The notes under the pieces: generated by a model | Databases searched by the model: none | What the model was told of the DNA's origin: nothing | The model's input: only the letters and a program-made list of their open reading frames with translations | IMG/VR virus record: IMGVR_UViG_3300028030_000011 | Span: 12,294-76,293 of that record | DNA from: a virus | Direction: 5' to 3' (one strand) | Length of the DNA: 64,000 nucleotides | Position numbers and translations under genes: made by a program | Shown: piece by piece, positions 29,592 to 38,802 of the stretch | Numbering within the stretch: the first letter of the stretch is position 1 | Layout: every line of letters starts with the position of its first letter

Positions 29592-30632
29592 ATGGCAGCG
29601 AATCAAGATGTAGTTGACACGTATAATGCTCTATTGGACGCAATAGATAGCAGGACTCTTACATGGTTAAATGATAAGATTATTGACAAGAAAAAAAGAG
29701 TTGAAATTATATCTGCTCATTTTGCACCATTTGCAACAGAAGCTTTTACATGGCAAAAAACAAAAGCTGAAATAAGTAGTATTGACTATGAAACAAATAC
29801 TATTTTACCACTTACTGCTACAAAACTTCAATTAGAATCAAAATTAATTAAATGTCAAGGTGATACATGTTGTTATGAACTAGAACATCTTCTTCCTGAA
29901 CAAGTGAATAAAGTGTTAGCAGAAATATCACAAATAGAATGTGCAACTTCTAAATGTACTTATGAAGTGGAACATTTACTACCTTCACAGAAGAGTAAAA
30001 TAGAGTGTGAAACATCTTTATGTGGTATACAGGGTTCTGAATTACAATTAAATGGTACTAGCAATAGAGCATTGAATACAATTAAAGGTGAACTGTACAC
30101 TAGGCAAAAAGAAGGGTTTACTGATAAGCAACAGCAAGAAATGCTATCTAAACTTATTGATATATGGACTATTACTGTATCACAAGAGATTAGTAGTGAA
30201 GATGCACAGATGAACCTAACAAAGAGAGATTACAGTAGTGGTGAAATCTCAGAAGTAGAATGTGCAATAAATAGTGTTGCTCAAACAATTGATGCTTTAA
30301 CATGTGTAAATGGTGCTTCTGGTGTATTAGCAATAACAAGCTATCCACAAGAGGCAGGTACATTAAAACTATTAAAAATGGAATTTACAGAGGGAACAGG
30401 ATTAATACTACATGGTAGAGGAGTAGTTGGATATAAAGCTAGATTCTTCTTCATGGTTGATGATGAACAAGATGTTACTCTTGCTAATATTAGTAATTCA
30501 GGTGGTGGATTTAAAATTGTAGTAGATGGTGTACTTGGTTCAAAAATAAAAAAATATGATTTATACACAGTTAAAGAGTATGATGACTCTGGAACATATA
30601 CAGGCAATCAAATTAATGGCGTAATTGGATAA
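29592..30632 (+). CDS. N4 gp54-like structural protein with Cys-rich repeats
   Basis: LYTRQKEGF...KLIDIW pattern; synteny. Confidence 0.55.
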   Translation: MAANQDVVDTYNALLDAIDSRTLTWLNDKIIDKKKRVEIISAHFAPFATEAFTWQKTKAEISSIDYETNTILPLTATKLQLESKLIKCQGDTCCYELEHLLPEQVNKVLAEISQIECATSKCTYEVEHLLPSQKSKIECETSLCGIQGSELQLNGTSNRALNTIKGELYTRQKEGFTDKQQQEMLSKLIDIWTITVSQEISSEDAQMNLTKRDYSSGEISEVECAINSVAQTIDALTCVNGASGVLAITSYPQEAGTLKLLKMEFTEGTGLILHGRGVVGYKARFFFMVDDEQDVTLANISNSGGGFKIVVDGVLGSKIKKYDLYTVKEYDDSGTYTGNQINGVIG

Positions 30633-30634
30633 TC

Positions 30635-33085
30635 ATGGGTTGTTGTACTGCTATTGAAAATTTCTTTAAAGACCCTATAGGCTCAATAGAAGACTTCTTT
30701 GATGGAGAGGATATCCAATCCGTTGGCGTATCAATGCAACCTATAATGCCATTAGATACAATAGAAGCTAATGCCATGATGAATCTAAGAAAAAAAGCTA
30801 AAGCATATAATACATCAATTGCAAAACAATTGATAGAAGAGTATACAACAGGGAGATTCTTTCATATAACTGATACAATACGATACCTAAGAAAAGGTAA
30901 TGGATTGGATGGAGAAGCAAAATTTAAAGTACTTGGAGATACAGGTGACTATAGAAACTTCTTGTTATCTCAATTAGCATTAGAATCAGGTGTAGTAGGT
31001 GCTACTTCAAATGATGTATATATAAACAGTTATAGTGATACAGAAGTACCATCAATGGATTGTATAGCATATAAATATTTATATGACAATGGTGCTATTT
31101 ATGGTTCATGGAATAATGATAATATATTCACGTTTGACTCACATATTGATATAAATTCCATTGATTTTCTACAAAGTGAACCACAGATACAACAGACAAC
31201 AAATGTTGATACTAGTGGTTCATCAAATGAGATTATGTTCAATACACCAAAAGATTTAAAGGTAGTAAATATATGGGCTATGAATAAAAAGAGACAAGAT
31301 ATGATAAATGATGTATTGTGTGGTGAAGGAGAGAATCCTATACTTAATCAATGTGATTATACTCTAGAACCACCTAATGACAATCTACATGTTATAGTAT
31401 TGGAACTAGAAGACCCATTAACAAATGATATATACTATTATGAGCTTAGAGAACTTTCATTAGATATAGATAATCTAAATATGATAATTGTACACTATGG
31501 GGTAACTGGTTCAGATTGCTGCTATTTCTACACATACCAATTGGGTTCAGATGTACATAGTGAGCTTGAAAATGTAACAGAACAGACTATTGATAATTCA
31601 TATAGTACATTTACATTGTTTCCAATAATATGTCTCAAATATAATGGCGAATATGTTGCAGATATGAAAGATACAAATTATGATAGATATATTGATACTA
31701 AAACATTATGTAGGAAAATTGGTTATCCATTAAAATATTTAGATGCAATTATAAAAGAGAGAGGTACTACTCCTGCAGAGCAACAACAAGCTGACGATAG
31801 TCACTCTCAAACAAAAGATACATTTATAGAATATGGACTAAACATTGATAGAGATTCACATAGCAATTATAAAGCTCTATGGTATACAGCTAAGATGATA
31901 AAAGAGCATACAACTTCAAAAACTGTATTTACAAATGATGGTCAATCTGATTCAACATACTCATTCTCAATAAGCTATGACGAGAATACAACATCAAGAT
32001 ACAATAAGAATATACGTATAGGAAACATAAATACCTCTACTCATTCAGGAGTATATACAGTTAGAAAATATGATGCAATAAATGGAGTAACACTATTTGA
32101 ACCACTTCCCCCCCACAAATATTTAAAAGAAAAATATTTAATAGAAGAGGGGTCTGAACTTTTGGCAGATGGTTCAAATGGAGAGATGCAATATCAAATA
32201 CGTCTTAATACTAAAAGTCACTATTCAGATTACAAATCAGTACTTAGACTTGTGTATCAAGGTGAAAATGAATATACAATATATGATATTGAGTCATTAG
32301 CTACGCATTCAACTGTTGTTGATGGAGGGAATGCAAAAGGTGCTGCATATAATATGTTTGATTCATTTTCGTTTAGTGATAGTCAAGGAACAAATGTAAC
32401 ATTACCATTATTTGCTGAAATAGTGAACCATTTCAATTATTCTGAACAGTATGCATTATATGGTGAATCAATACATATCATAAACTTTGCTTCTGTAACA
32501 ACTCATCTATCATGGTATGAAACAGGATTCTTTTTTAAGCTAGTACAAGTAGTTCTTATTGTTGTAGCAGTAGTTATATTGATTGCTACACTTGGTACAG
32601 GTGCAGGGTTCTCTGCATATCTTTTAGCTATTGCATCAGGACTTGCATCAGGTATGGCTATAAGGTATATGCTATATCATGTATCTAGTCCTTGGCTAAA
32701 AGCAATTCTAATAATTGCATATGTAGCTCTAATGGCTGAGACAGGAAATGTATCAGATATTGATGATACTCTAATGTTGTTAGCATCTACATCAGCAGAC
32801 TCAATAAATATACATTATCAACAGGAAATGAAAAGAGAAAGAGAATCATTTGATAAATTTAGACAATCTCTAAACTCAAAATTATCTGAACTTGAAGAGA
32901 AGCAAAAACAGTTTATAGAACCAAATGTAATTGGTGAAGAAATTGTAATTGAGACACCTGACCAATTCTATGATAGGGTTTTAAATAACGATATAATAGA
33001 ATTAGTTGATTCAATGTATAATAGCTTTGTATCAAGTGATTTAGACTCATACTTAGATACAGATAACCTATATTTAAAAAAATAA
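30635..33085 (+). CDS. N4 gp53-like structural protein
   Basis: 816 aa; WYETGFF followed by hydrophobic helices; ETPDQFYDR near the end. Confidence 0.65.
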   Translation: MGCCTAIENFFKDPIGSIEDFFDGEDIQSVGVSMQPIMPLDTIEANAMMNLRKKAKAYNTSIAKQLIEEYTTGRFFHITDTIRYLRKGNGLDGEAKFKVLGDTGDYRNFLLSQLALESGVVGATSNDVYINSYSDTEVPSMDCIAYKYLYDNGAIYGSWNNDNIFTFDSHIDINSIDFLQSEPQIQQTTNVDTSGSSNEIMFNTPKDLKVVNIWAMNKKRQDMINDVLCGEGENPILNQCDYTLEPPNDNLHVIVLELEDPLTNDIYYYELRELSLDIDNLNMIIVHYGVTGSDCCYFYTYQLGSDVHSELENVTEQTIDNSYSTFTLFPIICLKYNGEYVADMKDTNYDRYIDTKTLCRKIGYPLKYLDAIIKERGTTPAEQQQADDSHSQTKDTFIEYGLNIDRDSHSNYKALWYTAKMIKEHTTSKTVFTNDGQSDSTYSFSISYDENTTSRYNKNIRIGNINTSTHSGVYTVRKYDAINGVTLFEPLPPHKYLKEKYLIEEGSELLADGSNGEMQYQIRLNTKSHYSDYKSVLRLVYQGENEYTIYDIESLATHSTVVDGGNAKGAAYNMFDSFSFSDSQGTNVTLPLFAEIVNHFNYSEQYALYGESIHIINFASVTTHLSWYETGFFFKLVQVVLIVVAVVILIATLGTGAGFSAYLLAIASGLASGMAIRYMLYHVSSPWLKAILIIAYVALMAETGNVSDIDDTLMLLASTSADSINIHYQQEMKRERESFDKFRQSLNSKLSELEEKQKQFIEPNVIGEEIVIETPDQFYDRVLNNDIIELVDSMYNSFVSSDLDSYLDTDNLYLKK

Positions 33086-33102
33086 GAAAAGGAGCAAACA
33101 AA

Positions 33103-33543
33103 ATGACATACGAAGAATATATGATGCTAAATAAGAATATTAATAGTTCTATGCCTCAAACTTTTGGAGATGCTTTAACTAATAGCGATTTAAAACAAAA
33201 TCCTGTAGCACTATATGGTGGAACACAAAACAATGGTAGTTGGTTCAAAGGTATGTTCAAAGATTGGAATATGCAAAATACTATGGATACAGCAAACCTA
33301 GCACTTGGTGGGTTTAATTCATGGATGGCTTATAAAAACTATAGAGAACAACGAAAGAATAATGCTTTCAATAGAAAACTTGGTAGAGCAAACTATAAGA
33401 ACCAAGCTAAATCATATAACTTACAAGTTGAAGATAGAGCTAGATACAGACAAGCATTCAGAGGAAACAATAGTGATGCTATTAATTCATATTTGCAAAA
33501 TAATCAAGAATATAGAAGACGTTTAGTTGATGAAACATTTTAG
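33103..33543 (+). CDS. N4 gp52-like small virion protein
   Basis: 146 aa; NYKNQAKSYNLQVEDRAR; synteny. Confidence 0.6.
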   Translation: MTYEEYMMLNKNINSSMPQTFGDALTNSDLKQNPVALYGGTQNNGSWFKGMFKDWNMQNTMDTANLALGGFNSWMAYKNYREQRKNNAFNRKLGRANYKNQAKSYNLQVEDRARYRQAFRGNNSDAINSYLQNNQEYRRRLVDETF

Positions 33544-33555
33544 AAAGAATTGATA

Positions 33556-33936
33556 ATGTTAAGAAAAATAACAAAGCAAGAATATCTATTCTTCTACAAA
33601 AAGAAACAAAGTAAAAGTGATTTAGATTTAAGTGATTATATTGACATATTAAAGTATTCTGATTCATACTACGCACTTAACAACAATGCTTTCGTAGGTG
33701 TTGAGTATCTTAAAAATGGAGTTGTGAGAATAAACGGTTTATTCTCTCTTGAACCAAGCAGAGGACGTGATTTACTAAATACAATGATTGAAAACTTGGA
33801 GTCACTTGGCAAGACTGCTATAGTACTAGATTGTACTAAAGAGTTAAAAGATAAGTATTATACTAAGCATTGGGGGTTCTATAATGCATGGTATTTATCA
33901 TCTATTAACTATTATGAGTTAGTATTATTCTTGTAA
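33556..33936 (+). CDS. GNAT-like acetyltransferase
   Basis: LFS...RGRDLL, IVLDC, YYTKHWGF. Confidence 0.55.
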   Translation: MLRKITKQEYLFFYKKKQSKSDLDLSDYIDILKYSDSYYALNNNAFVGVEYLKNGVVRINGLFSLEPSRGRDLLNTMIENLESLGKTAIVLDCTKELKDKYYTKHWGFYNAWYLSSINYYELVLFL

Positions 33937-33959
33937 AACTTATATAAAAAAGGAATAAC

Positions 33960-35807
33960 ATGATTACAAGTAAAAAATATTTCAATCCAGATGGTTGTGA
34001 AATTCTCAATGAGAGAATATTTGCATCAACCCAAAATAATACAGGCTTTGTAGATTTCAATAGAAGCAAGTATCAATGGGATAGTGATGTGTATGACCTA
34101 ATGAATGCCAATACATGGTTTAACTAAAAATAGACCAGTTTAAACACATTGAATTGCTGGGAAGCCTAAGTTGGTTCAAAGTGAAGTTAATCTATAATAA
34201 GAGAAATATTACAAGGAATCAATATGGTAATCAGCAGGGAAGCAGAGTATAACGAAACAAATGAAGTTTTTAAACAGATAGGTACTACGATTTATTCTGT
34301 TAGTACACATGGAAGGGTAAGGAACGACAAAAGAATGAAATTTTTAACTCCAAGAAATCTTAGAGGATATGCAAGAGTTTCATTGTGGTTCGATGGGAAA
34401 GCAAACGACAAAAGAATACATAGATTAGTCGCAGAAGCTTTCTTACCTAATCCTGATTGTAAACCAGAAGTAAATCATAAAAATGGTATCAGAAATGATA
34501 ATCGTTTATGTAATCTTGAATGGGTAACACCACAAGAAAATGTAAAACATAAAATGGAAGTTTTGAAACAAGAATCACAACAAGGCGAAAAAAACGCTAA
34601 TTCAAAACTTTCAGAAAGTGATATTATTTCTATACGAAACTCTAAAAAAGATGCTAAATTATTAGCAAAAGAATATGGAGTATCGTTAACACATATCTAT
34701 CGGATAAAAGCCAAAAAAATGTGGAGTCATATCTGAACCTTCAACGACTATCGAAACGGTACTACTATAAGAGATTATAGTAGAAGAACGGAGTAGAGTA
34801 CACCTAAGTAGGTGGAAGTGGTGTGGCATATAGAGAAGACTTAATTGAGTTCTTTATGTGTATGATATAGTCTAGCCTATATAGAAATATATAGAAGTTC
34901 ATAAGAGAACTGCATAGGATTAACGACCCTATGTGAATATAAGCGTCCATCTGAGGTTAATACATCTAATGAAAAAAAGCAATTTAGTCAACTAACAGAA
35001 AATGAACAAGCTATTTATAAAATGACATTTGCTCAACTTAGCTTTAATGATTCTGCTCAGGAAGAATACCTTAGTGACTTTAGGCGACTAGCAAATAACC
35101 GTTTACTGAAAGCTGTTATGTCTTTACAGATTACCCAAGAGGTAAACCACTCAAAGAGTTACGCTGTGCTACTTGATGCTTGTGGCAATTCGGAAGAGGT
35201 CTTTAATCTTTATAAATATGATGATATGCTAAATAGAAAGAATCAACGAATCTCGGAACAATTTGCCAGATATATAAATGGTAATTCTGTTGATAAGATG
35301 TTGCTTTCAGCCATGGCTTCTGTTAATCTTGAAGGTATTTATTTCTTGCTTGGATTTGGATATATCTATACTCTTGGGGAGAAAGTTCAAGGAGCTAGAG
35401 ATATGATAAAATTTATTGCTAGAGATGAACTAAACACGCATCTGCCACTCTTTGCCAATATTTTCAAGACTATACAAAAAGAGAACAAAATTAAAACAAG
35501 CACAATAGATTCAGTTCATAAAATGATAGAAGAAGCTGTTGAAATAGAATTAGAATATGGAGAGTATTTATTAGATACATATCCTATTATGGGTATAACT
35601 AAAGAATTGATGAGAGATACAGTCTATAATTATGCTAATGATAGACTTGATAAGATAGGACTAAAACCTATATTCAAAGAGAGTCATACTACACATATTC
35701 AAAAATTAGTAACTAAACATTTAAATATAAATGATGTAAAGAGTAACTTCTTTGAATCAAATGTAGCTGGATATGCTAAATCAAGTATTGAATTAGATGA
35801 CTTTTAA
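33960..35807 (+). CDS. nrdB: ribonucleotide reductase class Ia beta subunit, spliced (exons 33960-34120 and 34946-35807; 340 aa)
   Basis: Joined exons read ...MNANTWF-PSEVNT...; iron ligands DSAQ, EVNH, EGIYF, DELNTH; NFFE...Y tail. Confidence 0.9.
34121..34945 (+). mobile_element. group I self-splicing intron in nrdB
   Basis: P1 pairing TGGTT/GACCA with U-G at the splice site; core elements AATTGCTGGGAA, AATCAGCAGG, TTCAACGACTA, GATATAGTCT; terminal G; splicing restores frame. Confidence 0.9.
34224..34736 (+). CDS. intron-encoded NUMOD4-HNH homing endonuclease
   Basis: YSVSTHGRV, IHRLVAEAF, VNHKNGIRNDNRLCNLEW. Confidence 0.9.
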   Translation: MVISREAEYNETNEVFKQIGTTIYSVSTHGRVRNDKRMKFLTPRNLRGYARVSLWFDGKANDKRIHRLVAEAFLPNPDCKPEVNHKNGIRNDNRLCNLEWVTPQENVKHKMEVLKQESQQGEKNANSKLSESDIISIRNSKKDAKLLAKEYGVSLTHIYRIKAKKMWSHI

Positions 35808-35953
35808 GATATTACAATGTATAATGTATTGAGCCAGTGTACAACTTCTCCCCAGTTAATGCGTTGGCTCATAGATGATATTTTCCTTGTGTGTGTGTTT
35901 CATTTTTTTTCCCACCAAAGAATAAGAACTCCTTTCGATTTTGAAATTTATTT

Positions 35954-36002
35954 TGAACCACCTAAATGAGTGGTTCATGTAGAGTTAGTGTTTAGCTAAC
36001 TC
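35954..36002. terminator. TGAACCA-N10-TGGTTCA palindrome plus GAGTTAG hairpin (partial repeat B)
   Basis: Two adjacent inverted repeats between convergent genes. Confidence 0.6.
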
Positions 36003-36018
36003 CATTTGATTGGTTATG

Positions 36019-36783
36019 CTATTTATCAGATAGATACTCTTCTAGTTGTCTTCTCATCTTAGTTTTAAAGTCTTGATTTACACATGGACTTCCTACTTTA
36101 TTATATTGATTTATTATGGCTCTAACAGCATCTGGAATATAAGTATAATCTCTAGTAGCTTTTACACCATCTTTTTTAAATGTTTTAGACTTGTAGACTA
36201 AACCCATATAGTCATCATTCATTGTTGGTCTAGTTGTTATTTTAATGTCTACAGTCATAACCTCTTTCCACACCAAAGCATCTTTTATATAATCATAAGA
36301 CTCTTGAAATCCATAATGTTGAATAAGACCTGTAATAGATGTTGTGCCATCATCATGCAATCTAACTTTATTTGCATCAGCTTCTATTTGAGCTATTTGC
36401 TGTTGAGCTTCTTCTAAGATTAGCATTTCATTTTTTTTAGATTCAAGTCGTATTTCATTTTTAATCCATCTATCACAAGCTACAGCAAAATCAGAAGAAA
36501 TCCATCTTGCAAAATGGATTATTAAATCTGGATGAATATATGTTCCACCATACTTTCCTTGAATAGCTTGTTTTAACTCCGTAGATTTTACGGAGTTAAA
36601 ATTACATACAGACTTCATATATTCTTGTGTATCTTGACTTTTCCAATAATTAGATAAATCTTTACCAAAAGTTTTAGAAACCTCTGTAGCATTTAACCAT
36701 GCTCCATTTTCTAATGCAAATTTAATATTTACATCAACTAAGTCTAATGTAGTGTTTGAGAAATTTTTTAATTGAATTTCCAT
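36019..36783 (-). CDS. KilA-N + KilAC-like domain protein (cassette B1)
   Basis: WLNATEVSKTFGK, GGTYIHPDLIIHFARWIS; HDDGTTSITG. Confidence 0.85.
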   Translation of the reverse strand: MEIQLKNFSNTTLDLVDVNIKFALENGAWLNATEVSKTFGKDLSNYWKSQDTQEYMKSVCNFNSVKSTELKQAIQGKYGGTYIHPDLIIHFARWISSDFAVACDRWIKNEIRLESKKNEMLILEEAQQQIAQIEADANKVRLHDDGTTSITGLIQHYGFQESYDYIKDALVWKEVMTVDIKITTRPTMNDDYMGLVYKSKTFKKDGVKATRDYTYIPDAVRAIINQYNKVGSPCVNQDFKTKMRRQLEEYLSDK

Positions 36784-36824
36784 TTAACAGTATTACTTTC
36801 ATTAATTTTAAGTGAAGGATTTGG

Positions 36825-36912
36825 AGAGGTTATCAAGCTTTCTAATCCTATTATACACTTAGAGGTTAGCATCTCTACTAACCGACTAGAAGGCTTGATA
36901 ACCTCTAAATGT
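36825..36912 (-). ncRNA. structured leader RNA of cassette B1
   Basis: Stem 36855-36868/36899-36912; 36887-36906 complementary (19/20) to 36825-36844. Confidence 0.6.
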
Positions 36913-36915
36913 CTT

Positions 36916-36978
36916 TAAAATTATATCATATAAATCTTTAATGAGTAGAGTTAGTGTTTAGCTAACTCTTGTTTGATT
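36916..36978 (-). repeat. cassette repeat B (63 bp; hairpin plus TGATATAAT promoter)
   Basis: One mismatch versus 37784-37846. Confidence 0.9.
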
Positions 36979-37642
36979 GTCTTACATAATCAATTACAGC
37001 TTGTTTAACGACTTGTGGATAGTATGTAGGTGCTTGTGTGCCTCTATCAGTACCTATATAGCTTGGAGTACCTTCTGGTAATCTTCTATACTTTGTAACT
37101 TTAGTAATATCTTCATTCCACCCCTTAAATGTTAAAGCTTCCCAAACAAAGTCTTCTGATACATCTAATCCAGTATGTTGAATAACTCCTCTAACACTCA
37201 TCGTACCATCATCATAAATTTTACATTTCTTAGCATTAGCTACTGCTAACTGTTTTTCTTTCTCTGCTTGTTCTAATAGAGCTTCTGTTTTAATCTGATT
37301 TACTTTAATCATTTCTGATTTAATAAATCTATCACACTCAATAGCAAATTTAGGAGAACACCATCTTGCAAAATGAACCACGAGTTCTGGGTGTAAATAT
37401 GTTCCTTGTTGTTTTCCTTTACCTGTAACAACAATTTTAAGGTCACTGATTTTCAGTGAGCATAATTCTGCTAATTCAATCATATATTCTTCAGTATCTT
37501 TTGATGTGAAATAGTTATCAATACGCTTACCAAACTCTTTAGCTGTTGTTGTAGCATTAATCCATAAACCATTCTGTAATGCGAACATTACTTCTTTACT
37601 TGATATAGCTTCATTACTAAAGCTGTGTAATTCTAAATCCAT
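36962..37642 (-). CDS. KilA-N + KilAC-like domain protein (cassette B2)
   Basis: WINATTTAKEFGK, GTYLHPELVVHFARWCSP; KIYDDGTMSVRG. Confidence 0.85.
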   Translation of the reverse strand: MDLELHSFSNEAISSKEVMFALQNGLWINATTTAKEFGKRIDNYFTSKDTEEYMIELAELCSLKISDLKIVVTGKGKQQGTYLHPELVVHFARWCSPKFAIECDRFIKSEMIKVNQIKTEALLEQAEKEKQLAVANAKKCKIYDDGTMSVRGVIQHTGLDVSEDFVWEALTFKGWNEDITKVTKYRRLPEGTPSYIGTDRGTQAPTYYPQVVKQAVIDYVRQSNKS

Positions 37643-37686
37643 AATAGATTCCTAAACATAGACAAATTTTAAAGGTTGATGATTGT

Positions 37687-37781
37687 GAGTCCAATACGAC
37701 CATCTAAATAAATACCTTAGAGGAATACCCTTACCAAGTAGTAAAGAAATTCCAAGTCGGATTGGACTCCTCTAAAGTATT
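37687..37781 (-). ncRNA. structured leader RNA of cassette B2
   Basis: Stem 37711-37724/37768-37781; 37756-37769 complementary (13/14) to 37687-37700. Confidence 0.6.
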
Positions 37782-37783
37782 AA

Positions 37784-37846
37784 TAAAATTATATCATATA
37801 AATCTTTAACGAGTAGAGTTAGTGTTTAGCTAACTCTTGTTTGATT
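37784..37846 (-). repeat. cassette repeat B (63 bp)
   Basis: One mismatch versus 36916-36978. Confidence 0.9.
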
Positions 37847-37849
37847 ATG

Positions 37850-38623
37850 CTAGTTCTCCCCTAGCTCATCCATTGGTCTATATTTGGCTCCCCAACCCTT
37901 TACAGACTTTCTAACACCTCTAAGAACTTTAGCCATATTGCTAGTAGTAGAACCAACGAACTCAGAAGCTTCTTTATTTGATGTGAATACTTTTTCTTCT
38001 CCTGTATCATTGTTTGTTAGAATTATATCTCTACCAGAAATCTTAACTATTTTAGGAACAGCTTTCTCCTCCATCTTTCTATATGAGTACATATAGCCAC
38101 CATGAACTTGTCTACCCTCTTCTGTATTATTGTTTGTATCATTTGTTAAACACTCTGATACATGAGCAGTATTGAGCTTTAATAGTCTACAAGCTTCTAT
38201 AGGGTTTCTATAGCTTCCTAAGTACTTTCCATCTAAAGCATCATATAAGAACACTCTCTTTGGTTTAGAAGCTATCTGTGAATTTTCTCCTAATGATATA
38301 ACTCTACAGTTATTTGGGGTATAATTCTTTAGTGGGTCTATTCTATCACATACAAGAGTTTGTTGGTTCGCACTACCAATTCTTGGAATATATCCACCAA
38401 CTATCATCCATCTAGCGTATGCAAAATAATCATATCTCCACTCATCACATACCTCAATACCTTTAGCTCCATACTTATGGTAATTACGGTCGTTCTCATT
38501 ATGGCATCTTCTATTCATAGTATTCCATATTCTTCTAAGTTTATGGTTCACTAACGACTTAGGGTCTGTCATGAGGTCATGAAGTAATTCTTCTGTTGTA
38601 AACTTTTCTACAAAATTAGCCAT
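37850..38623 (-). CDS. free-standing HNH-type homing endonuclease with NUMOD1-like repeats
   Basis: WNTMNRRC...YGAKGIEVCDEW...DRID...NYTPNNCR; two C-terminal HTH-like modules. Confidence 0.75.
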   Translation of the reverse strand: MANFVEKFTTEELLHDLMTDPKSLVNHKLRRIWNTMNRRCHNENDRNYHKYGAKGIEVCDEWRYDYFAYARWMIVGGYIPRIGSANQQTLVCDRIDPLKNYTPNNCRVISLGENSQIASKPKRVFLYDALDGKYLGSYRNPIEACRLLKLNTAHVSECLTNDTNNNTEEGRQVHGGYMYSYRKMEEKAVPKIVKISGRDIILTNNDTGEEKVFTSNKEASEFVGSTTSNMAKVLRGVRKSVKGWGAKYRPMDELGEN

Positions 38624-38802
38624 GCTAATCCTTTTATATATGTATTATTCCTATTGGAATATCATATTATACAGTTTATGACCTCTATGGTTGCTGAATG
38701 TAAGGAAATGTAGTGGAAGATGTTATTTAGTGATTGTTATGGGAAAAAGCTAAGTAAGAGGTAGGCAAATGAGTATAAATACTCAAATGCCTATTTTGTG
38801 GG

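Noticed and set aside
35022-35807. 261-aa ORF as a complete nrdB
   Set aside because: It is most of exon 2; the true N-terminus is at 33960 across the intron
35805-35890. Possible 22-aa minus-strand ORF and hairpin (TGAGCCA/TGGCTCA) after nrdB
   Set aside because: Adequately explained as a terminator-like hairpin; no support for translation
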